DNA of 64,000 bases from Octopus sinensis (lineage: Eukaryota). The stretch lies in contig NC_042999.1 in NCBI RefSeq assembly GCF_006345805.1, positions 36,952,001 through 37,016,000 on the forward strand, given 5' to 3'. Shown here in pieces: positions 11,503 through 23,455 of this stretch. The notes below the pieces were generated by a model. It was not told where the DNA came from. It searched no databases and was given only the letters and a program-made list of their open reading frames with translations. A program made the translations under genes and the position numbers. How positions within the stretch are numbered: the first letter of the stretch is position 1; the number at the start of each line of letters is the position of its first letter.

Positions 11503-11782
11503 CATCATCATCATCATCGTCCGCTTTCCATGCTAGCATGGGTTGGGCGGTTCAACTGGGGTCTGGCAAGCCCGAAGGCTGCACCAGGCCAGTCAGATCT
11601 GGCAGTGTTTCTACAGCTGGATGCCCTTCCTATGCCACCACTCCGAGAGTGTAGTGGGTGATTTTATGTGCCACCGACACAGTGCCAGACGAGGCTGGCA
11701 GACGGCCACGCTCGGATAGTGTTTTTTATGTGCCACCGACACAGGTGCCAGACGAGGCTGGCAGACGGCCACGCTCGGATGA
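11503..11782 (-). mobile_element. RTE family B 3' end
   Basis: (CAT)n tail plus family-B 3' UTR, with two internal CCAGACGAGGCTGGCAGACGGCCACGCTCGGAT units. Confidence 0.85.
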
Positions 11783-11783
11783 G

Positions 11784-11816
<33 letters not shown>

Positions 11817-11817
<1 letters not shown>

Positions 11818-12198
11818 CTAGCAGTATCGTCCGGCGTTGCTCAGGTTTGTAAGGGAAATAACTATAAAGCATTTTTAGAGAGTTATAGCCAAAAAATAGC
11901 AAAAAAATGGAAAAAAATGATGGTAAATTTTTTTTGAGAGTGAAAAAAGGTTGAGTTGCGTCCCCTAGACAGTTTGCGGTTTGTGTTTCTGATTCTCGAC
12001 CCCATGTCGAATTTATCGATTTTTTTCAGAACTGGGGGAACTTTTCAAAATTCTCGTTGCGTTAGTTTTGAATTATGACATTGGGCTATGTGTGTGTCAA
12101 GTTTCATCAGAATCGGTTGAAAGCCGTGGTCAGGGTGAGGGTACAAGCAAACAGACACACAGAAACACGCACAGACAAACTGCCGTTTATATAGAGAT
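11817..12198 (+). mobile_element. Probable non-autonomous Helitron/Helentron (HINE/DINE-1-like)
   Basis: Starts ACTAGCAGTATCGTCCGGCGTTGCTCAGG, contains AAGTTTCATCAGAATCGGTTGAAAGCC and ends ACAGACAAACTGCCGTTTATATAGAGAT. These resemble DINE-1-like termini; inserted in (TA)n with no TSD seen. Confidence 0.5.
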
Positions 12199-12223
12199 AT
12201 ATATATATATATACACATACACA

Positions 12224-13454
12224 CACATTGCGGTGGATAAATTGTCTAAATTACGCGCAAAAATGAAAATAGCATTACCATCACATTTTAACAGATATAT
12301 TTACCGAAATTACATAAAAATATCTTGAAATACTAAAGAGTAAATTTATTCAATAAAATCGCCATTGGCTTTAACCATGGCCTCCAGACGACTTCATAAT
12401 CTCCTGCAGCTCTTCTAGATGGTTTCTTTGTTTGAGTTGGTGAATGCTGCCATAATCCTTGCCTTCGGTTTATCTTTGGTGTTTCAAGGCGTTTTGTTGG
12501 TCTCTCACTCAAATGCGCCCCACACACAATAATAAAGGGAGTTGTAGTCTGGGGAGTTAGGTGGCCAGATGTTAGGTGTGATGTGGTCGCAGAAATTGTC
12601 TGACAGCCATGACTGGGTTCTCCTGCTTTTGTGACATGATGCCAAGTCCTGTTGCCAGAGATAGGGTCTTCCAGTAGCTGCCCTCTTGACCCAGAGCTGC
12701 ACTACCTCCTCCAGACACTTGATGTAGGCCTCTGTGTTGAGTCTGAAGCTGTGTGGGAAGATGAATGGAGGCATAACGTCGCCATCACTAGCAATCACTC
12801 CAAACATCATGACGTTGACTGGATGTTTGATTTTCATCACTCTCGGTACATGTTTTGGGGACACGGCAAGCCAATGGTTGTTCTGTGCGTCGACCATTTG
12901 ATCCTGGCAGAATTTTTTCTCACCTGAGAAAAACCTGAGCATGTTTTGTTGGAGGGGCTGCTTGAGTTCAAAAGCTTTGTAGCACGGTAGAGCATCTCTT
13001 CATGTACAACTTGCTTGATAAGAAACTCAGACACTCCCATGTACCTGGTGATGAACCTGATTGACTTGGAGGGATTGTCAGTCATGGCCTGGATCTCACC
13101 AACAAATTCAGGAGTTCTTTTCTTATCAGAACAATCAGAGTGAGTTTTCCAAGCTGTTGTATCTTCGTAATCACCATTAGACTCATCCAACTCTTTCTGA
13201 ATTCTCTGCACTGTCCACAGACTGACACCCAAACACCCTGAAATGTTTGTATTGGAACTTCTGATGAGAATACCAAACAGTGCTGCGTGTTGTTTCCAAA
13301 TTTCTGGCTGTGTGAATTGCATCAGGGTGCGCTGTTTTTCTCAGATGGTGCCCATCTGACTCTACTATACTGTGTAGTCAACAAAATCCAAAACAAACAA
13401 TGCGCATGCATGAAATTAAAAATATAAAATGACAACAATTTACCCATCACAGCC

Positions 13455-13456
<2 letters not shown>
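12224..13456 (-). mobile_element. Decayed maT/mori-type (DD37D) Tc1-mariner transposon
   Basis: Minus-strand ORFs read FFSGEK (FSDEK), WQQDLASCH and WPPNSPDYNSLYY; 37 residues separate D of QQD and the position of the third D (now Y). The N-terminal HTH is in ORF 12837-13322. Degenerate TIRs: CAGGCTGTGATGGGTAAATTG and CATTGCGGTGGATAAATTG. Confidence 0.88.
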
Positions 13457-13499
<43 letters not shown>

Positions 13500-13644
13500 T
13501 ATATGTGTATATACACACACACACTTAGACATGTTAAGAAAGGGATGTAGGTTCGCATCCCACGCAGATAGGAAAGCCTTTTTTTTTGTGCAGGGCTTAG
13601 ATGCCACGATCGGATGGTGCTTTTTATGTAGACTATATATATAT

Positions 13645-14198
13645 ATAAGAAATATTGAATTTCTAAATCTCTCGTAGAGACCTGTACGGTGGTAGGGCGA
13701 TAGAATGGTTGTATACTGTCAATCTAACAAGAACGTGACAGTAGGGGGTACACCACCGTTGTATAGCCCTAGGAGGCATCGAACGCCTCCTGACAGCTTC
13801 GACACATTTTTTCCCCCGACTCTAAATTTACAATCGCCCCACCACCGTACAGGTCTCTACGAGAGATTTAGAAATTCAATATTTCTTATTTTGATAATCA
13901 GTGAATAGACTTCACTGAGTTTACATATATACAGATACGAAGTCCAGACAAATATCACCAGCCGACCGGTGTCTGCTACTCTAGGCCGATGAAGGACAAT
14001 GATCCTGAAACACGGTGTCCCTAGATGCAGTTCTGGCGGTTGGGGGTGTTTGTCTCCCCTTCGTATATGTATATAAGGACACAGGGAAAAAATGTGTTGA
14101 AGCTGTCAGGAGGCGTTCGATGCCTCCTAGGGCTATACAACGTGGTGTACCCCCTACTGTCACGTTCTTGTTAGATTGACAGTATACAACCATTCTAT
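13645..14198 (+). mobile_element. Hammerhead-bearing non-autonomous retroelement: 364-nt unit (13833-14196) preceded by an inverted copy spanning the unit end-start junction
   Basis: 13645-13701 is the reverse complement of 13833-13889; 13702-13815 is the reverse complement of 14084-14196. The unit has no ORF and is flanked by (TA)n. Confidence 0.8.
13973..14030 (+). ncRNA. Type-I hammerhead ribozyme motif (core variant CCGAUGA)
   Basis: CTGC-TACT-CTAGG-CCGATGA-AGGA-CAATGA-TCCT-GAAA-C-ACGGT-GTC-CCTAG-AT-GCAG. Stem I is CTAGG/CCTAG plus CTGC/GCAG around an internal loop; stem II is AGGA/TCCT; stem III is the quasi-palindrome ACACGGTGT; the triplet is GUC. Confidence 0.75.
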
Positions 14199-14384
14199 AT
14201 ATATTATAGCATTAAAACTACAGTGATCTCAGAAACAAGCCAGATTTTTTATTAATATGCTCAGTTCTTGTTAAAGTTTTCAAATATTAAAACTTTTGCA
14301 GAATTAACTTCCTTAAAAATTCTAAATTTTGTTTCAAAGCTGGATTGTAAATTTAGAGTCAGATGATGTTTCTTAAATCTTTAA

Positions 14385-14604
14385 CTATTTAACATGTTAA
14401 CCAGTCATATCCAGCCCAAATATTCTACCTGTTTTGTGTTGAAATCGGCCAGATTTAGACTCTCACACCTACTCACAATGTCATTCTATAAACAAGCAAT
14501 CACATCATCAAAATCTCAACACTATGAGATAATAATGCATGATTAATTCAAAACAATGTGCATAAACAAGCATTACATTTGACAGTAATCTGAATGCTAA
14601 AAGG
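14385..14604. mobile_element. piggyBac-type MITE (decayed)
   Basis: TTAA at 14381-14384 and 14605-14608; internal sequence homologous to 21390-21608. Confidence 0.7.
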
Positions 14605-14912
14605 TTAAAGCAATCACATTAATAACTAGTTAATCTTCGTCTAGTTATTTGGTATCAAACTGTGTATGGTTATTGAAACAAAATTGAGGGCAAGGTTTGA
14701 TAAAATTCCAAAGAGACTGGACAGAATTTATTCCAAAACAACTTGGAATTTATTCCAAAGTACAGTTCTATGATGAAATATCTGTTAATCTGCCAGATTT
14801 GTTTTTGTCTCAAAATCTAAGTTTCTTATTGTTGTTATCAGTATTGTATTACAAGACTTGGATCTTGCACATATTCTTCATGACTTCTGTTATGTTTTGT
14901 TACCTAAGTATG

Positions 14913-15297
14913 GGCGCAGGAGTGGCTATGTGGTAAGTAGCTTGCTTACTGACCACATGGTTCTGGGTTCAGTCCCACTGAGTGGCACCCTGGGCAAGTG
15001 TCTTTTATAACTTTGGGCTGATCAAAGCCTTGTGAGTAGATTTGGTAGATGGAAACTGAAAGAAGCCCATTATGTATATATACATATATATATATATGTA
15101 TATGTTTGTGTGTCTGTTTGTCCCCCTACCATCACTTGACAACCAATGTTAATGTGTTTATGTTTCTGTAACTTAGTGGTTTGGCAAAAGAGACTGATAG
15201 AATAAGTACTAGGCTTCCAAAGAATAAGCCCTGGGGTAAATTTCTTTGACTAAAAGCTGTGCTCCAGTATGGCTGCAATCGAAACGAGTAAAAGAAT
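14913..15297 (+). mobile_element. tRNA-derived SINE family A
   Basis: GGCGCAGGAGTGGCTATGTGG (A box), GGGTTCAGTCCC (B box), internal (TA)n and a GAGTAAAAGA tail. Confidence 0.85.
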
Positions 15298-15489
15298 ATG
15301 GACTTTTGATAAATGGAACTGTTGCAGAAGACACTTACCCAAGGTGCCATGCAGTGTGACTGAACCCAAAGCAGTGTGGTTGGGGAAGAAAACTTTTTAC
15401 TACCCAGCCATGTCTGCGCTACATATATCTGTGTTATTTTAAAATTAAGGAATTAAAGATTAAAAGTATTTAGCTATTCACATATCTAA

Positions 15490-15960
15490 TCATCATCATC
15501 ATCATCATGTAACGTCTGTTCTCCATGCTAGCATGGGGTGGACAGTTCGACTGGGGATCTAGGAAGCCAGAAGGCTGCACCAGGCTCCAGTCTGATCTGG
15601 CAATGTTTCTACAGCTGGATGCCCTTCCCGATGCCAACCACTCCGTGAGTGTAGTGGTTGCTTTTTACATGCCACTGGCACGGGAGCCAGTCAAGGCGGC
15701 GCTGGCATCGCCCACGTTTGGATGGTGCTTTTTACGTGCCACTGGCATGGAAGCCAATCTAGGCGGCACTGGCATCAGCAACGTTCGGATGGTGCTTTTT
15801 ACGTGCCACTGGCACAGGGATCACAACTGCAGTTTCCATTGATTTTTTATGTTGGTGTACTTGACTCAATGGATCTCCTCAAGCACGGTGTTTCTTTACT
15901 TGCCACCTGCACAGGAATCGGTCCAGCGGCCCTGGCAACTGCCGGGTGCCAGTCATAGAA
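15490..15960 (-). mobile_element. RTE family B 3' end
   Basis: (CAT)n tail plus the family-B 3' UTR with internal GGTGCTTTTTACGTGCCAC units. Confidence 0.85.
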
Positions 15961-18444
15961 TTGGTTCAATTTCGATTCCGATTTTGAATATCTTTAAATG
16001 AGTTATTTAATCATGGCTGAAGAGTTCAGGCTGAATGAAAATAGACTATTAATTGATAATTTTAATCCTCAATTTAATATCTTAGATCCTATTTTTAGTT
16101 GGAAAGATGTCATTATCATCTTCATTCTACACTTGCTTTCTATTGGTTGTCACAACGCGAGTCTCTTCTTGGAGTTATTGCACTCCTCGATGGGTTGGAG
16201 GAACTTATGTTGCTTTTACATATTATTTTTGACTTGGTTTCTACTTCTCTAGTATGTTTGGCATACTGTTAAAAATTTGCTCGACCTTGTATTCTATCTT
16301 ATTCAACTGACAGCTTAGTGGTTAGATCCTATATTTCAGTGGCTATCATGTATATTAACTTTTACAGGCATGGATGGTTGTGTGGTAAAGAAGTTTGCTT
16401 CACAACTGCATAATTTGAGGTTCAGTCACATTGTCTGCCACCTTTGACAAGTGTCTTCTATAGCCCAGGGATGACTGATGCCTTGCTTGTGGATTTAGTA
16501 GTTTTTATACTGTCTGTCTCTCTCTCTCACACACACACACAATGTGCATATGTATATATCATCATTTAACATGTGTATGCATATCATTGCTTGACAACTT
16601 TGTTTATGTTGCCCTGATTTAGTGGTTTGGATGGGTGAGAGGAGAAGATACTGATAGAATAAGTATCAGACTTGAAATAAGTACTTGGCTTCATTCGATT
16701 GACCAAGACCTGCAGGGTGGTGCTCCAGTATGGCCACAGCCCAATGACTGAAAAAGAATAAAAAAATTAGATGAAGTCTACATATTTCCACTCATTCATC
16801 TCTTGGATGTTAGCCATAAAAACTTCCAGTGTTAAACTGGAAATTTTGATCTTTTACTACTTTTATTGCTCTCTCAATTCTTTAAATAACAATACTTTGA
16901 ATTTCTTTCACCAACCACACAATTAGTACAGGTTGAACAAAGGTGAGATTTACTAAGAAACAAGATCACTCTTCAACCCTGACCCTTTGCAGACAATACT
17001 CATTTGAAACCGTCATAGGTCTATGGATACTAGGTCTAATAATCTGTATTATGCTCTCTCTCTCTCTCTCTCTCCCCTCTTTAGTCTTCACAAAGTTGTC
17101 TGTAGCATAAGCATGTAACAATTCCTGTTCTTTGTACAGTATTGATTTATGTTTGTTGATGTATAAGCAGTTCTTGTTAAGACTTTTTTACTTTCTGTTC
17201 TGGCTCAAGTTATTCTATACATTAGAGTATCTTTTGTTTTATAACCCTTCCAAAACTAGATTGCTTTTTTTTTTTTTTTTTTTTTTTTATTTGAGAACAT
17301 AAATAATGAGTTGGTAGGTGGGGTAGATTTAGGATATTTAGTGAAGTGTGCATGTTGCATAAACCCAGTTTAGCTGAGATTGACAAGCTTTACAAATGAT
17401 AATGATCAAATCAATGACTAGATTAAATCTCAAATCCATTGTCTGGGCAAATGTCCTATACTATAGCCTTGAATAACCAAATGCTTGTCGACGAAATTAG
17501 ATAAACCAGTAGTTCTGAAACTTATAAATACTAAGCTCGGTGGTAAAAATATTTGTGAAATGCTTGCATGCACCACCCCACCGATATTTTTTAATATGAA
17601 GACATAATAGATTTGCATCTCTACAATTCTTCTTTCTTCACCATGGTATTTGAGCAGTTTAAGACAATCTTTATTTTATTAAATATGGCTATTTATTTGC
17701 CTTCTTTTCAGATCTCACACCTTTCCCTTATGAGAAACATTGAGATGAACAGTACTGTGCAAGAAGCCTGTTAGGTGAACTCTGTTCTTAGGTAGTGGTC
17801 AACTGAATCCTTTTGTGATCATATTTCTAATGAAACCTGCTACTTAAGTGTTTCATTTCGTATTGGAAATAATTATGAATTAAGGATTGCGTAAAATAGT
17901 AACCATATCTGTTCTTAGTAAGCTAGTGTTTGGAGCATAATTTAAAAGGTTTTAAAGAAAATTATGATAGAAGGTGGTAATTTAGATACAAACACTTCAA
18001 AACCGATGGTTTTTGTGTCACAAATCCAGGGTTCTCAAGCAGATTAAACTGTCACTTGGGTCTAATCAAGTTACTGACTCTTGAGTGCCAGAGTCCATTC
18101 TGTTGGTTCATGTCTCTGGTCTTAGGTTAGCTCAATATCTTGATGTGCTTCTTCCTGCTGCATTAACCTATTAGTTGTGTTTTCTTCCTTTTACTGCACT
18201 TTTAGCCTCTAAGATCCTGCAAATAAAGGTTACGGGTTATTTTCTTCCTCTGACTAAGCTTAGATAAAAAAAGTTCTATTTCTAAATGACAAATATAAAT
18301 CCTTTATATGCAATAGAAGCAGTATTAAATTGAAATAACCTACTGTGTATCATACTCAATGAAAATACATCACTGAAAGGCAAATTTACTGTGGTATTTG
18401 ACTAGAGATAAAATCTTATAGATGTACTGTATTTAAAAACAATA

Positions 18445-18780
18445 TCATCATCATCGTTTAACATCTGATTTCTATGCTGGCATGGGTTGGATGGTTTGAC
18501 TGAGGACTGGCAAGGTTTCTACAGCTGGATGCCCTTCCTACCACCAACTACTCTGAGACTGTAGTGGGGGGCATTTTACGTGCCACTGTCCATGCTCGAA
18601 TGGTGCTTTTTACATGCCACTGGCATGAGTGCCAGTCAGGTGGCACTGGCATCAGCCATGACAATGATTTCACTTGACTCAACAGGTCTTCTTAAGCACA
18701 GCATATTACCCAACAGTTGAAAGATACTTTTAAATGGGCTGGTTATGTGACACTGGCATTGGCTACGGCTATGATCTCAT
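18445..18780 (-). mobile_element. RTE family B 3' end (older copy)
   Basis: CATCATCGTTTAACATCTG...CTACAGCTGGATGCCCTTCC... Confidence 0.75.
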
Positions 18781-21389
18781 TGTTCCAGCAGTAGCTAGCA
18801 AGAATGCCAGATGCATTTCAGCCACATTGGACCTTGTTAGTGGCATATACATACTAACATCTAGCCACATTCCTAGATGAAATTTGTCACCTCCATAGGA
18901 AAAAAATGAATTAAATCTAGCCAACATACCTTTAGGATAACCATATTTAACTGAACTCAATCCTATATATTTGGCTTCTTTGATTTTTAGGAGTTTCCCA
19001 TTCTAGTTTTTATCCAATTCTGATAACTGGCAAATTTTGTCGGAATTATTATAAATAGGCTGACCACACAAAGGGTGGGGTCAATTACCATAATATAATA
19101 AGGTATTACAGCAGAAATCCATAAAAGTTTAAGAAGTAGTACATACAGCATTTATAAATCAGTCAGTAAATCTAGGCTGTATTTAATTGTGCATGCATTG
19201 GTAGCTTAGTAGATAACACAAGCCATTTGGCAGATTTGTTGGCGTGGTGGATAAAATACTTTATAATAATCAGTCCGGCTGTCTACACATGATGTTCAAT
19301 TCTCATTGAGGTCAACTTTGCCTTTCATCTTTTTAGAGTTGATGAATATTCCTTGTTTGTTTCTTTTTCTGGAAAAATTGACTCTGGTTCAGAGCTGGAA
19401 CTGTATGGGCTCTGTCTAAAAATGTTGCAAGACAGCAGTGCTCCTTTGGCTCCTTCAAGAAGCTGAAGGCTCAAGCAAGCCTGGTAGATTAAGGTGTTAA
19501 TAAACTCTATTTAGAAATATAATTAGAGATCAAATCTAGCTTGGAACAAATAGGACAACTAATAATGCCCAGAAATAAAAATGATGTGTAAAGGGAAACC
19601 AAATATGGATTTGATAATGAGGAAAACTTTGTGATAGCGCTTCTCAATACATATATAATATAATGTGTGTGTGTGTGTGTGTGTGTGTCACTGTCATGCA
19701 TGTGGTGCCTTTTGTTTCCAATTTTCTATATAAACATTTCTGATTTGGTGAATTACTCATAGAAGCAGGGCTGGCAACAAGAAGGGCATCCAGGCACAGA
19801 AAAATTCACCTCAGTAAATTCCATCCGACAAATGTGAGTATAGCAAGGTGGATGCTAAAGGGATAATGATGATATATTATATATTTTATAGTATTGATTC
19901 CTTTTATGAGGTACTTCATAAATCTCCCATCTTTTACTTTGTGTTAATTGATTTACTGTATACTGTATATAGTCCCCTCATCATGTTCCATGGGTTACAT
20001 ATTGAAGCTTCCCCTTATTCATCCTACTGTGGAATCATTTTGAAATTTTAGTTTGAAGTGATCACACTATGTCAAACAAGAATATGATCACTGCTCAACT
20101 ATTTAATCATCGTCGTAGTCTAATCAAGCTGTTCCAACTGTGACCATCCCATCTTTTTAATAGAATCTCGGACAACATTGTCGGGTATGTACTATTATTT
20201 AAAATGGTAGGCTGTGATTTGAGGGAGTAGAGACTTAGAGGAGATATGGCTGCTATTTCTGTTAGAGATCTATTGGTTCATCATCATAAATTTAAATGCA
20301 GGCAGTGACTTAGTAAGTAGAGTGTCAGTTTTGATCATGTAATTAACAAGTCAGTTCAAAGCTTGTACTTTCATCATCTGTCAAAGTCAGTTTCTCTCTT
20401 CTTTCAGATCAGTTAAGTCATATATAGTTGTAGTGTACTGAGTTATGAAGCTGAAAGCTAAATTTTAGAGCAGTATTCATGACTCTTTTATGGGACTTCC
20501 AAGAAAGGTAAAAGGTAGGAAGGAAGGTATCTTCAACCTAGAGACCTGGCACAATTGCTCTCAACAGAGTGGACTCTGCTAAGGTCACCCAAGATGCAAG
20601 ATAGTAGTAATGTTATATTGAGTGATGTAAAGTTAACTGTGCTATTGCCACTCCATTAATTAATAAAACTACATGAAGGGTGCATCTTTGTGATCACATG
20701 ACTTGCTAGAAATAATAACCAAATTCCCTCAAGTCATACCATATTTTGAAATGTAGTCCTAAAATATATAAGAAAAATGAACTGGCAATAGCAGGAATAT
20801 TTTTGACTATAAGTCTGTTCAACCACTTTTGACCTGTGGTTAAACAATAACTAAGATTACCTAAGCGAAATGGCAGACTTAATGAAGTGATGGAAAGAAT
20901 GTGTTAAGGTAATTTGTTCCAACTCTCTGTGTTTTGAGTTCAAATTCTACAAAGGTCAACTTTGTCTTTCATTCTTTAAGTGTCGATAAACAGAGTATCA
21001 TCCCAGGTTGGTGTATTGCCAGAAGTGTTGAACCTCTGATGAAGTGCCATGTGGTATCTCTTCTGGCTCTGTGCATTCTGAGTTTAAATCTCATCCAATC
21101 ACTGAAAAATGACGAGACTTCTTTCAGGAGTTCCAATCAACATAATATAAATGATATGAAAAACTAATAGAATCATAGTTTCCTTGGTTTAATCAGAAGT
21201 TTGACTGCCACCAAGATTATATATTTATGGATTCCTTATATTTTCTTTAAAGTTTTCATTTTTAAGTAAAAGATCTTACCTATATAAGTTTGCTTTCATG
21301 CATTTCAATCTCCAGTTTCATATAATTGCAATATATTTAACACTTTTCTCATTTTACTTCTACTGAAACATTGTTTATTTTTCAATTAA

Positions 21390-21608
21390 CCCTTTAGTAT
21401 TTAAACCGGCCATATCCGGCCAAAATATTTAATCTGTTTTATGTTCAAACTGACCAGATCCAGGCCGTCACACCTACCCTACAATGTTATTCTACATTAA
21501 GTGATTACACCATCAAGATCTTGGAGATATGAGACAATGCATGATTAATTCAAATCAATGGGAATCAATAGGCATTATGTTTGATAGAATAATCTGAACA
21601 CTAAAGGG
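21390..21608. mobile_element. piggyBac-type MITE
   Basis: TTAA|CCCTTTAG...CTAAAGGG|TTAA; TSDs at 21386-21389 and 21609-21612. Confidence 0.85.
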
Positions 21609-22115
21609 TTAATTTTGGAAATAATGAAAAACACGAGAGATATAGTGAGGTGGTTTTTCATTATTACCAAGCTAGTGTCTGAAACAGATAACATTATGAT
21701 GGAAGGTTTTAATCTAAAAAGGAATATTCTAAAATAGGTGATTTTTTTTTTTGTATCATAAAACCAGTGAGAGTCTGTTCTCAGGTAGCAGGGTGTAGTG
21801 TCAAGGATTAAGCTCTTAAAAAATAGTTATATTTCAGGATGGTCATTTAAAAAATTTTTATTTTTTGCCAAATAAATACACACACTATATATTTGTTCTT
21901 CACTTGTTTATTAATATTCTTATTTTATCTTATGCCCATTATCTGGAAATCTTGTCACATATCTGAGACCTCTTCAGCAACTCTTTCCATCCATGTGTAT
22001 CCTCCTGCTCTGCTTAGTCCATTTAAAAAAAACACCTTTTCTATCTAAAATGGTTTTGGACTGCTTGATAACAAAACCTAATTTTCAAAGTGTTCATGTA
22101 GAAATTAAAACTTAA

Positions 22116-22335
22116 CCCTTTTGTTACCATATTTCTGTTGAAATAAACTGCCTTTGTTTCAATTCAATTTTAAAATAATGAAGAATTTAGTAAAATAATT
22201 TTTTAATTATTAAGCTGGGGTCTGGAACAATTTAGCATAAAATTTTGATGGAAAATTATAATTTTAGATCACTTAAAGAAGTAAGTTAATGTCATAGAAT
22301 CAGGGTTGGTCTCAGGTGGGTTGGTATCAAAAGGG
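22116..22335. mobile_element. piggyBac-type MITE, second family
   Basis: TTAA|CCCTTTTG...CAAAAGGG|TTAA; a homologous decayed copy lies at about 37402-37613. Confidence 0.85.
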
Positions 22336-22637
22336 TTAATAATAATTTTATTGAAATCTGTTTTTTGTTATATTCCAAGCATTAACTTCATCATGAGTAT
22401 TATTGTTTTTATGTTCATTTTTTTTCTATGCTGGCATAGATTTGATGAGATTTATTGAGGTAGTACTCCGTGGACAGATATTCTTCTTGTGGACAACTGT
22501 TTTTCTTCATGTGAAGCAGTGGCAGCAAAACTGTCACTGGACATTACTTGCAAGAGTCATTGTTTTTGCTCATATAGTCACAGTGTGAGGACATGTATAA
22601 AGACACATGTATACACACACACACACATATGTGAGCA

Positions 22638-22670
<33 letters not shown>

Positions 22671-22673
<3 letters not shown>

Positions 22674-22837
22674 GCTGTGTGGTAAGTAGCTTGCTAACCA
22701 ACCACATGGTTCCGGGTTCAGTCCCACTGCGTGACATCTTGGGCAAGTGTCTTCTGCTATAGCCCCGGGCCGACCAATGCCTTGTGAGTGGATTTGGTAG
22801 GTGGAAACTGAAAGAGGTCCGTCGTATATATGTATAT

Positions 22838-22889
<52 letters not shown>

Positions 22890-23173
22890 TGTTTGTGTGT
22901 CTGTGTTTGTCCCCCTAGCATTGCTTGACAACCGATGCTGGTGCGTTTATGTCCCCGTTACTTAGCGGTTCGGCATATTTAATCATACATACAATAGGCG
23001 CAGGAGTGGCTGTGTGGTAAGTAGCTTGCTAATCAACCACATGGTTCCAGGTTCAGTCCCACTGCGTGTCATCTTGGGCAAGTGTCTTCTGCTATAGCCC
23101 CGGGCCGACCAATGCCTTGTGAGTGGATTTGGTAGACGGAAACTGAAAGAAGCCTGCCGTATATATGTATATG

Positions 23174-23240
<67 letters not shown>

Positions 23241-23455
23241 TTGTGTGTCTGTGTTTGTCCACCTAGCATTGCTTGACAACCGATGCTGGAATGTTTACGT
23301 CCCCGTTACTTAGTGGTTCGGCAAAAGAGACCGATAGAATAAGTACTGGGCTTACAAAGAATAAGTCCCAGGGTCGATTTGCTCGACTAAAGGCGGTGCT
23401 CCAGCATGGCCGCAGTCAAATGACTGAAACAAGTAAAAGAGTAAAGAGAGTAGAG
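22671..23455 (+). mobile_element. Two tandem SINE family A copies (about 22671-22975 truncated, 22997-23455 full length)
   Basis: Pol III A/B boxes, internal (TA)n(TG)n and a 3' AGTAAAAGAGTAAAGAGAG tail; the two copies are nearly identical. Confidence 0.9.

Noticed and set aside
17712-17774. Possible TBL1 5' UTR exon (CTTTTCAG|...TTAG|GTGAAC); a similar candidate lies at about 20408-20507
   Set aside because: Only splice-like motifs, which are common in AT-rich introns; transcript evidence is needed.
21036-21075. CTGATGA followed by a weak stem (also at 50284 and 34925)
   Set aside because: No GAAA at the correct position and no stem I/III pairing; these are not hammerheads.
22997-23070. 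tRNA-like A/B boxes at SINE heads (also 14913, 47365, 62311)
   Set aside because: No complete cloverleaf, and each continues into a SINE body; these are not tRNA genes.
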